DNA from: a virus
Lineage: Duplodnaviria; Caudoviricetes
IMG/VR virus record: IMGVR_UViG_3300038520_002532
Span: 1 to 43,351 of that record
Strand: one strand, 5' to 3'
DNA length: 43,351 nt
Below, in pieces: positions 36,301 through 43,351 of this stretch. Each line of letters opens with the position of its first letter. The first letter of the stretch is position 1. The position numbers and the translations under genes were made by a program. The notes beneath the pieces are model-generated. The model searched no databases. It saw nothing but the letters and a program-made list of their open reading frames with translations, and was not told where the DNA came from.

Positions 36301-39300
36301 AATCATTTCAAGCATTTCATATTATGCGGATGCATATAGATTTGGCCCCGGCTATTATCAACCGTCTGATTATGACCATATTACAGGAGTTGGTCGGACA
36401 GGTTCAAGTGCAGAAAATCAGCCTTTGTTTGAAACCCAAGGGTTTGAGCCTGTTTCTGGTTCTAGATTTTTTGACACTAAGTTCCACAAAAGTGGTGGTT
36501 CTTCGCCATTAGTTTATAGAGACTTTGACCCTGTTGGCGATTTAAGTCCATTTAGAGGCCATGACGTTTTAGACCAAATTGACCCCAAGGTTGCTAGAAT
36601 GTTCTTGTTTGTGAATTCTGACCGAGAACCTTATAGTGGTAAAAGAAAAGATAGTATCTTAAATCCTACGTTAACTAGAGAAATTACCAACTACTCTATC
36701 ATGTTAAAGAAGGACACTAATACAGTCAATTCAACTACTTCTAAGGACCATAGTTTAGCAGTAACTAGAGCACAATCTAATATTGACGCTGACTACGAGA
36801 CTTTTAATATTTCTAGTTCTGATTCTGTATCTAGCCTTAAACAGTTTGGTCTAATGAGATTAACCGAATGTGTTTATGATTGGCACTTTAATCAAATTGA
36901 CCCAGAGAATTTACCAGAGAAGAAAGCGGTCCTTCCGAGGCTCCAATATCAGTTTAGCGATATTGCTCAAACAACTTCTGTAGTGAGTAGTGTTTCAGAT
37001 TATACCACTTCTTCGCCGTTTAAGATTACTGCGTCTAATGAGTCGAATTTTTCTAACGGTGATCTTGTTTGTGATAGTAATGGTAACTCAATTGGAACTG
37101 TCTCAGGAACTCCATCTGGCGGCGAAATTACACTAACTGCTATTGCTAATAAAACAAATAATGGGGCTTTTTATACAGGCAATCTTTTTAAGGCAACTGC
37201 ACTTAAATATTCTTTTATTCAAGGCAGGGGAAGAGAAGAAACTTTCCACTTTACATTTGATATTCACATGTTAAAGGGAGCAGTAGTTGATGCAGGAAAT
37301 TATGCAGGGACTTCTGGTGATTTCTTTGATGATAAATACTCTGCAACGTTGCAAAGTTTCCAATCAACAAATGCTAATATTTTCCTTCCTCCAGATTTAG
37401 GTGAAGAGTTAGGACAACACATCGGAAGTTATGAAAAGAATACTTCTCAGGTCATTGGAATCTATCAAGGTGCTAATGCTGAAAGTAACGAAGAAGCAGA
37501 TTTATTCAATAATGAAATGCTACCTATTTTCTTAGACAGATTCTCGATTGAAAACTCAACAAATAATCTTACACCGGGGACTGTTTCACCTAAAATCACT
37601 AAGATGGTTGATGCTTATAAAGCAAATAGTTTTTATTTAATTGGATTAGTCAACGGTAATGATTTTTATCGTTATAATGATTTTCAAAAGAATGCTAGTT
37701 CTGATAACGCAGATGGAGCATATCTTGGATTTAAATTTAGACTCAAGTTAGATGACACTTCTTCCTTGATTACGGAAACCAATATCGCAACTGCTGTGGG
37801 TGATGGAGGTTATCATAAATACTCAATCACCACTTCAGACTTCGATGAACATTATTGGCTTAATTTAATTGATGGTCTTTCTGGTTGTTATTTAGTTTCA
37901 GAAGAAGGCACAATTGATGATGTTGCCTATGAAGCAACCACCTTTAACGATATTCCTGCATTACAAGATGAGCAAGTTTCAATTAATGGCTCAGTTCCAG
38001 ATAGAATTGCTTATGTTGTTTCACATGAAATCGATACATCTGATTCAACTCTAAAGCACATTATCATTACTGACCAACCGTTGTCTAATGATTATTATAG
38101 AATTATGCAACCAAACCACGTTTGCACCTATGATTTTACACCTAAGACAATTACATTAAACCAATTGTCGTCTAGATATACCAAAGTGAACGGAGAAAAT
38201 AAAACATATGATTCTATTTCTTCATATCTAGTTAAAGAAAAAGAGTCCGGCCCATTCATTGTCCACAACACAGATAAAAATCAAGGTGGCTCCGAAGCCG
38301 CTTTATCAATGTATGTCATTGCTGATTTAGATAAAAAAGCATCTTCAGAAACAAATGTAGTTTATCGCTCTGCTGCAAATATTGAAACTTGTGTTCCTCA
38401 TGGCTTTTATGAAATGTGCGTTTCTGATGGTATTACAACCTATAAGAGTTCTTTAACTTCTCGCGATACAGAATTGGGAACTAAATTCTCATTCTCTGAA
38501 ATGAAGAAAACATTAGGTATTCCTTCGGTTTCTGAAACCTTTACCTTAACGGTTCCAAATCAAGTCCGTGGAACTTTTCAAAGAGCAAATATTGGCGTTG
38601 GTGTAACAATTGGACATGAATCTGAAAGAATCTTAAATGACTTATTTGAGGAAAATGATATAAGTTTTGATTTAGAGGAGCAAGCCTACCCTCGTTTTGC
38701 TTCACCAAATTTCCAAGGTGTTGACCTCTTATCTGCAATCAATTATATTACTAAGAAAAAAGAACTAAGATTAATTGAAGAAAACGGAACCTTTAAAGTT
38801 AGAGCAAAAAGAAACAACAGTAATTTTACTGATGTTGTGCTTTCTGACTTCGGAGAATACCAAATCTTTGACTTTAAGAACGAATCTACAATCTTTGACA
38901 AATATAATGAAATTATTGTATATGGGCGACAACATAAAGCAATTAGAAAAAACCTGAGAGATATTAAGAAAAATGGAAAGAAGACCTTAGAGGTTTTTGA
39001 AAGAGAACTCGCTTCACAACAAGACGTTAATGATAGAGCGATTGAACTTTTCTTACTTCACACTAAAGCAAACAAAAAACTAATTTTAGAAGTTGGCCAT
39101 AAAGGTATTTCTCAAATTAGACCCGGAGACATTATCAATGTCGAAATTAGAAGGGAAAACATCCCACTCAATCAATATTATGTTCTTGAGGTAAAACACT
39201 TACTTACAGGAAATATGGTTTTAGAGTTAGGACTTTTCACAAAGAAATTAGAGGACAGGTTTGCTGAGTTACTTGTGAGTAATAGACAAACTAATGCTGC

Positions 39301-39502
39301 TATCCGAGAACAGGCATTTAATGAAAATACTTCGACATTTGATGTGCTAGAAACTCTTAAGGTCAAGCCCCTTCGTCTGCTTGTTAGGAAGAGGTCGTCC
39401 GCAGGTGCGACGTTGGGTTTTGGGATTACTCTAGGTTTTGGTTCAACCTTTACAGGATTAGGAACAATTACTGAAACAGACTTAGTGGATGTGGAATTTT
39501 GA
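33395..39502 (+). CDS. Very large tail tip/baseplate hub protein (2035 aa)
   Basis: Tail module position; S/T/N-rich; hub-like FDGAVESV..LEGRN and C-terminal YNEIIVYG...IRPGDIINV. Confidence 0.7.
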   Translation: MALTVLNKGSTTDTNTNCPTNPKIKTNTSSSASAKHFTIVHPDDSENLTFDEISSGAGLLTEYTNLATTPGHIVKQYNAFTQEGVQLSINTTHYWFILLHSDDANQHHFARITESLTDDVAGDSLEFTPKLGKEIPKGTKFMLFKGPLLTSNAIAFSGGINDSLRNELVCSRPLFYIEETKVNKKGELDHNTKYFVQNNSATSGSTITVNSLKTAFMVEQDFSNAVVDYSPYSLQVTLTDVLRNKDVAGTPVPQESSYSLPTEDFTDYEDVFYNARRQVDNDISGTINLTGPTRYLHYDFSPTFCNAAVGVIEAEITDSVGTRSGFANVNIVDNNRIVPKKVSEEDALRIRHLVHRGDFFDWFELKASLDTHTGSRTYTVTSDYDLTGFLNVNDEVKVGSRILIVEAITSTTIQFNEFSRLQTEGIFTNSTSLTSLGQETLYRRAYNSTDGTLLTKFNIVEGRDSNLSVRFTTKNFRFIYASVTSSDKDKEMLTLSFSEDGYDTNPLKYLLGSYQIFVERFDGAVESVESSKNAGQTYVKLEGRNNLRKLLSPIVNSNKLFSKDMIYSSKSFYDTMQDLSRTVVTSGNFLKGGTKTFDINSTTTSISQGDELFGRFTNGTFGYIGEVASFSSVTVTLVDFPRMASYGNSVALYKPQAKSYVFNKALATNYTVNQTTTALEGSADKGVMFDSGTKLDSSGNDGTALVGTSSDDDANALGYPIHHPSGMKNDRFFQSRLQNTDGTNQSFEVANSLIDFSVLGISASDTETTIELAPYVPLTLGRVDINSQSTIEKTFENVGTVGAISNSRSFTATSLSPYYDYEESVYVDGVFIGKCIQVSTAGGGAITVYLDRRATASAGNLQRVAFNDSGTYYERQDYAHSLALLNGAHLHGGKTIGLLNPKYLRTPSSNPNLLFEAPYSFGTTNFDSYTHKYGSPLYRIFNLEKGNVNYKTPKRTSWSEDYDLDYYNEIISSISYYADAYRFGPGYYQPSDYDHITGVGRTGSSAENQPLFETQGFEPVSGSRFFDTKFHKSGGSSPLVYRDFDPVGDLSPFRGHDVLDQIDPKVARMFLFVNSDREPYSGKRKDSILNPTLTREITNYSIMLKKDTNTVNSTTSKDHSLAVTRAQSNIDADYETFNISSSDSVSSLKQFGLMRLTECVYDWHFNQIDPENLPEKKAVLPRLQYQFSDIAQTTSVVSSVSDYTTSSPFKITASNESNFSNGDLVCDSNGNSIGTVSGTPSGGEITLTAIANKTNNGAFYTGNLFKATALKYSFIQGRGREETFHFTFDIHMLKGAVVDAGNYAGTSGDFFDDKYSATLQSFQSTNANIFLPPDLGEELGQHIGSYEKNTSQVIGIYQGANAESNEEADLFNNEMLPIFLDRFSIENSTNNLTPGTVSPKITKMVDAYKANSFYLIGLVNGNDFYRYNDFQKNASSDNADGAYLGFKFRLKLDDTSSLITETNIATAVGDGGYHKYSITTSDFDEHYWLNLIDGLSGCYLVSEEGTIDDVAYEATTFNDIPALQDEQVSINGSVPDRIAYVVSHEIDTSDSTLKHIIITDQPLSNDYYRIMQPNHVCTYDFTPKTITLNQLSSRYTKVNGENKTYDSISSYLVKEKESGPFIVHNTDKNQGGSEAALSMYVIADLDKKASSETNVVYRSAANIETCVPHGFYEMCVSDGITTYKSSLTSRDTELGTKFSFSEMKKTLGIPSVSETFTLTVPNQVRGTFQRANIGVGVTIGHESERILNDLFEENDISFDLEEQAYPRFASPNFQGVDLLSAINYITKKKELRLIEENGTFKVRAKRNNSNFTDVVLSDFGEYQIFDFKNESTIFDKYNEIIVYGRQHKAIRKNLRDIKKNGKKTLEVFERELASQQDVNDRAIELFLLHTKANKKLILEVGHKGISQIRPGDIINVEIRRENIPLNQYYVLEVKHLLTGNMVLELGLFTKKLEDRFAELLVSNRQTNAAIREQAFNENTSTFDVLETLKVKPLRLLVRKRSSAGATLGFGITLGFGSTFTGLGTITETDLVDVEF

Positions 39503-39837
39503 TTACTGATGACCTTAGATTTCAATTAGCCAAATACATTAAAGACAATGTTGATAGTGGAAAAATTGGTTTGGGTGGTAACTCGACGAGTCCTGCCGCT
39601 ACAGATTTAGATGTTCCAATTGGTTCAATTACAGTTACAGTAACTAATGACCAATCAACTGAAAACGTTGTTGAAGTTAAATTGAGTGTTGCGGGTTCCG
39701 CTATTCCCGGAAAAGTGATTCGTGAAGCAGGATTCTTTGATGGGTCTTTACTTTTTGGCCGCGAAGCATTTGATGGCGTAGGGCCATTTACATCAACAGA
39801 AACTTTAGAAATTTTCTTCGTTATTGAGGTGGAATGA
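39499..39837 (+). CDS. Small baseplate/fibre-attachment protein
   Basis: IGLGG...TDL...IREAGFF..LFGR resembles tail-fibre N-terminal/baseplate domains. Confidence 0.55.
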   Translation: MITDDLRFQLAKYIKDNVDSGKIGLGGNSTSPAATDLDVPIGSITVTVTNDQSTENVVEVKLSVAGSAIPGKVIREAGFFDGSLLFGREAFDGVGPFTSTETLEIFFVIEVE

Positions 39838-39838
39838 T

Positions 39839-41425
39839 ATGGTAAGCAATCCCGGATATTATAGCCAAATGGCTACAGCAGGTTCTTTAACACAAATTGA
39901 AGATGGTGTGGATAATCCACACACGGGTTTAATCAAGGCACTTAGTTTAGGTGTAGCAGGAAATTACGTTATTAGCGGATTTGACGCTTCTTCTGTTACC
40001 GCAACTTCCGCCACTATTGCCGCAGGTGTAGTCTTAAGAGATGGAAAAAGGGTAGCAATTTCAGGAAGTGGAGTTTCTCTATCAACAACATACACTACGG
40101 GTTATCACTTGTTAGTTGCTCGTTCTTCCGCTTTAGCAGTAATTAATCCTGCTGCTGCAAATAAAGTTCCTGCCTTTACTGCCGGTGATGTTCCTATTGC
40201 TATTCTTGCACATACGGGTAGCAACCCAATGCAAATTCAATATTTTGGAACAGGAAAGAAAGAAAACTCTCTTAGTGTTGCTTATGATAATTCAGGATAT
40301 ACTGAAGCAGGCGCACTAACGGGTGATGCTAACGGTATCACAATGACGGGTCTGTATAAACTAGATACGCTACCTACCGCTACAGTTGCTACAGATGATA
40401 AGGTAATTGTTCAGGACACTAATGATTCTGATAAAGTTAAAACTGTTACTGCTCAGTCTATTGCCGACCTTTCTGCTTATTCGGATGCTAGCGCCATTGC
40501 TGCTGTTGAAGGAGAAGCAACATTGGCTTTAAGCGGAGATGTAACGATTGCTTCAGGTAAAGATTTAACAGTTGATGGAACTACTTTACATGTTGATGGT
40601 GCAAATAATAGGGTAGGTATTGGAACTGCTTCACCCGATACTGCTTTACACGTTGAAGGTTCAGGTCACATCATTAGAGTCAAAGACACTTCCGCAGGTG
40701 ATAGCGCACTTACCCGAACAATGGGCGGTGTTGAGTTATCTGCTGCCGGTATGAACACTAGTTCAAAGTTTGGTGTTCCAATCAAGTTTATGTCTACAGA
40801 TAGTGCCTTTACTACTGAAAATCCAAAATTCTTAGCAGCGATTGTTCCTGTTGCTAGAGAATCTTATACTGCCGACACTAAAGGTGGTATGGCTATTGGC
40901 TTCGCAACTACCGCAAATACCGCAGGTGCTTCAACTGTTCCTCAAGTGAATATGACTCTAGACCACAATGGAAGATTGGGAATTGGGACTGAAACTCCAA
41001 CAAATCATTTAGACGTTAGAGGGGATGTTTCTGGTGATAGGTTTTTAGTTGAATCTATTCAGTATGAACTTGCTCTAGTTACTAGTGCAGGCGCAACACC
41101 GGGACCACCTAGCAATAACTTCAATTTTGCAGATACAGACACCATTTATAGAGTTTCAACAGTTACAGGAACTCCACCGGGAAGCGCACAGTTAGATGGT
41201 GCTTTACCAGCAACGTCAGGTAATGAAGGATTAGTTTTTAAATTTATTGTTACTGCTATCGCTAGCGGCGAAGCATTAACTATTACAGCAAATGGTTCAG
41301 ATACAATCGTTGACCAAACATTGAGTGTTTTAGCGGGAGCAGGTGGAACTTACTCTATTCCCGCTACCGGAGTTTATGAACTAGTCTGTTTCAGCGGCTC
41401 TTGGATGCTTTATAAGACTGTTTGA
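39839..41425 (+). CDS. Tail fibre / receptor-binding protein
   Basis: Repeated RVGIGTASPDTALHV / RLGIGTETPTNHLDV fibre motifs; GAGGTGG SD, ATG 39839. Confidence 0.78.
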   Translation: MVSNPGYYSQMATAGSLTQIEDGVDNPHTGLIKALSLGVAGNYVISGFDASSVTATSATIAAGVVLRDGKRVAISGSGVSLSTTYTTGYHLLVARSSALAVINPAAANKVPAFTAGDVPIAILAHTGSNPMQIQYFGTGKKENSLSVAYDNSGYTEAGALTGDANGITMTGLYKLDTLPTATVATDDKVIVQDTNDSDKVKTVTAQSIADLSAYSDASAIAAVEGEATLALSGDVTIASGKDLTVDGTTLHVDGANNRVGIGTASPDTALHVEGSGHIIRVKDTSAGDSALTRTMGGVELSAAGMNTSSKFGVPIKFMSTDSAFTTENPKFLAAIVPVARESYTADTKGGMAIGFATTANTAGASTVPQVNMTLDHNGRLGIGTETPTNHLDVRGDVSGDRFLVESIQYELALVTSAGATPGPPSNNFNFADTDTIYRVSTVTGTPPGSAQLDGALPATSGNEGLVFKFIVTAIASGEALTITANGSDTIVDQTLSVLAGAGGTYSIPATGVYELVCFSGSWMLYKTV

Positions 41426-41487
41426 TTACACATTTATTCAAACTAGTTAATAAGTTGATGAAAAATATTATTAACTTTCAAAAGACG

Positions 41488-41529
41488 AAAAAAAATGGGA
41501 GGCCGGGGGAAATTACTCCCCGACCTCCC
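41488..41529 (-). terminator. GC-rich hairpin followed by T8 on the minus strand, between convergent gene blocks
   Basis: GGGAGGCCGGGG...CCCCGACCTCCC (41497-41529) with A-run 41488-41495. Confidence 0.7.
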
Positions 41530-41671
41530 TAAGTGTGTCTTTTGACCAAATACCCTTACATTCTCTGCATTCCCACAGTTTAACTTGTCCGGGTGCGCCT
41601 ACATAAAAGGCGACTAGCCGCTTCGCTAATGTTTCTTTTCCACAGAACAAACATTTCTGCTTAAGACCCAT
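41513..41671 (-). CDS. 52-aa zinc-ribbon protein (not in ORF track)
   Basis: MGLKQKCLFCGKETLAKRLVAFYVGAPGQVKLWECRECKGIWSKDTLREVGE*. Confidence 0.7.
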   Translation of the reverse strand: MGLKQKCLFCGKETLAKRLVAFYVGAPGQVKLWECRECKGIWSKDTLREVGE

Positions 41672-41813
41672 CTTTATCACGCTTTTGCATAAGCCTCGTC
41701 ATGTATTCTTCGACGGACTCATCGGTGACGTTAGAACCACCAAATGCCGCGAAGAAGAGAAGCAAAACCATAAGCATGAATAAAATTAATCCTAACCATT
41801 CCCAAGTCGTCAT
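41661..41813 (-). CDS. 50-aa single-TM membrane protein (not in ORF track)
   Basis: MTTWEWLGLILFMLMVLLLFFAAFGGSNVTDESVEEYMTRLMQKRDKDGS*; TGATG coupling to upstream gene. Confidence 0.7.
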   Translation of the reverse strand: MTTWEWLGLILFMLMVLLLFFAAFGGSNVTDESVEEYMTRLMQKRDKDGS

Positions 41814-42406
41814 CACCAATCAACTCCTAAATCAACAAACTCTTCTTGTTCAACAGAGAATCCTTTCACGATTCCATTTTCTTGACCATATTTCCAAAGG
41901 TCATAGACTAACTGACTATCTTTTAAGCAGTAATCCACGACTGTATCATAATCTCCTGCCTTCCAAAGTGCGGGAGCATCAGCAGAATCCATAGTCTTTG
42001 AAGCACCTAAAGAACATTCAACTAAGTTTTGTAAGCGATATCGCTCGCCATGTTCCTTTAGCAGAATTTTACTAGTATCAATGTATTGCTTTTCCTCTAA
42101 ATACTTGCGAATACAGTATATGTCCAAAGAATCTCGAAGGATAGGTAGGTCAAACGCCGCGATATTGTGGCCTAATAGAAGGCCTCCTGCCTTTTGGAAG
42201 TCATCGAGGTCATACTTGAGGTCACGAAGACTTTTGACCACATGACCACCCTTAGCGAAGGTATCAACGGCTTCATCAACGTATGCGGTTCCTGTTGAAC
42301 CGTCCCAAGTCGTTACCGTTGAAACTTGAAACATATGAGTATTTCCGAATCCGCCGATTTCATAGGACATATTCTTTGTCTCTAAATCAATCGCCATTAC
42401 ATTCAT
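41813..42406 (-). CDS. DEDD-family (DnaQ/RNase H-like) 3'-5' exonuclease
   Basis: Exo I AIDLET, Exo II GHNIAAFD, Exo III YCLKD. Confidence 0.85.
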   Translation of the reverse strand: MNVMAIDLETKNMSYEIGGFGNTHMFQVSTVTTWDGSTGTAYVDEAVDTFAKGGHVVKSLRDLKYDLDDFQKAGGLLLGHNIAAFDLPILRDSLDIYCIRKYLEEKQYIDTSKILLKEHGERYRLQNLVECSLGASKTMDSADAPALWKAGDYDTVVDYCLKDSQLVYDLWKYGQENGIVKGFSVEQEEFVDLGVDW

Positions 42407-42408
42407 TC

Positions 42409-42630
42409 TTATTCACTCCCGCCCCAAAGTTTGCTAAGTTTAGCCTCTTCCTTATCCACAGGAGCGGCTTCCTCAATCTTTCTTTTTAAGAAGACAACGA
42501 TGTTCTGTCCGGCTACAGTTACCATAGACGAACATTCCCAACCTTCTTCTCCATATGTGTTAAGAGATTCAATGATGACCTTTGGTCCCTTTGATACCTC
42601 GAATACCTTATATGTGTTTTCCCATTTCAT
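42409..42630 (-). CDS. DUF4177-like small protein
   Basis: WENTYKV...LNTYGEEGWE...VFLKR. Confidence 0.65.
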   Translation of the reverse strand: MKWENTYKVFEVSKGPKVIIESLNTYGEEGWECSSMVTVAGQNIVVFLKRKIEEAAPVDKEEAKLSKLWGGSE

Positions 42631-43351
42631 TCTTCATCACCAATCAATCGAATAAATACAGAGCGTCCTTGTTTGTCCATTTCAAACTTGTTTTGAATCT
42701 TTCTGAAGTAATTATAGACAGATGCCTGAGATTTCTTACCGGACTTCATTACACCATTTAGCAAATCATTCTTAGGCACGAAACCGTTCTCATCTTTTGG
42801 AAGTTCTCCATAAACCTTAACAAACACAGAGAATAAGGACTTTTCTGCGATTGCGCTACGCTTGACCTTGAGGCCCTGCTCCAACCACGCAACCAATGTG
42901 CTATAGCATTGTCGGACGATGTGGGCTGATTGACGGACATTTTTGCCTGTAACGATGAACCTCTTGCTTTCATCCTTAATTTGTGGTGCTTCTGCGATAG
43001 AACAAAGAACACTCATCTTCATAAGAATTTTCATCAAACGGGTGGTAAAGTTTTGCGCTACCGCTCTAACGTGAGGGCTTGTGTTGTTAATGTAGGCCGC
43101 AAGATTCTCATATTCAAAAATCAGAGCATCATTAAAACTATCCGCATAGGTTACAGTCTTTTGTGGATTGCGACCATTTGCTTCAAAGTGATTCCGCAAC
43201 AATGTATAGATTGCATAGAACTTAGAAGCAAATTCTTCAATTGGCTGATTAACTACTTCAAAGGTTCCTGCCTTAGAAAGTTGCTCAAGACGCATACGAT
43301 GTTGTTCGTGTTCAGGGACTTCTTTAACGAAAAGAAGCATACGCTGAAGAA
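42627..43351 (-). CDS. C-terminal part of a probable AAA+/MCM-like helicase (lid + winged helix), truncated by window
   Basis: Frame open to window end; RLMKILMKMSVLCS...VTGKNVRQSAHIV is lid-like; C-terminal wHTH; Walker motifs not visible. Confidence 0.45.
   Translation of the reverse strand, partial: LQRMLLFVKEVPEHEQHRMRLEQLSKAGTFEVVNQPIEEFASKFYAIYTLLRNHFEANGRNPQKTVTYADSFNDALIFEYENLAAYINNTSPHVRAVAQNFTTRLMKILMKMSVLCSIAEAPQIKDESKRFIVTGKNVRQSAHIVRQCYSTLVAWLEQGLKVKRSAIAEKSLFSVFVKVYGELPKDENGFVPKNDLLNGVMKSGKKSQASVYNYFRKIQNKFEMDKQGRSVFIRLIGDEE

Noticed and set aside
270-39525. Numerous minus-strand and alternate-frame ORFs in the track (e.g. 1666-2193, 8712-9095, 17894-18415, 20892-21371, 30946-31362, 39178-39525)
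   Set aside because: Shadows of well-supported + strand genes; S/F/L-rich antisense composition, no motifs
39839-41487. Diversity-generating retroelement acting on the tail fibre
   Set aside because: No reverse transcriptase and no template/variable repeat pair seen
41701-43012. ORFs 41701-41994 (+), 42283-42489 (+), 42431-42655 (+), 42758-43012 (-)
   Set aside because: Overlap better-supported minus-strand genes in other frames

Overview
A 43-kb segment of a tailed dsDNA virus (Caudoviricetes, siphovirus-like: tail tube and tape measure, no sheath). The host is very probably an archaeon, given GGTGA/GAGGTG Shine-Dalgarno sites, TATA-like promoters and an ATP-dependent ligase. The overall make-up resembles marine Euryarchaeota (Poseidoniales/MGII 'magrovirus'-type) viruses, which is an inference. 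Positions 1-41425 form one + strand morphogenesis block: large acidic proteins, a cluster of small basic proteins, terminase large subunit, a LAGLIDADG-domain protein, portal, DNA ligase, prohead protease/scaffold, major capsid protein, a membrane-protein/small-GTPase cassette, neck, tail tube, frameshifted tail chaperone, tape measure, and tail tip and fibre genes. A convergent - strand block (DEDD exonuclease, DUF4177-like, helicase-like fragment) ends at a hairpin terminator. Most notable: (1) about 10 unrelated proteins share an N-terminal M-(S/T/D)-W-x-x-(I/V/L)-(L/I/V)-K leader, and the same hydrophobic-x-K-(S/A) motif recurs through the protease, scaffold, capsid and ligase, suggesting a capsid-targeting/protease-processing system for cargo proteins; (2) an Arf/Sar-like small GTPase sits in an operon with membrane proteins; (3) the DNA ligase lies inside the head module and carries a degenerate LigD-phosphoesterase-like domain.
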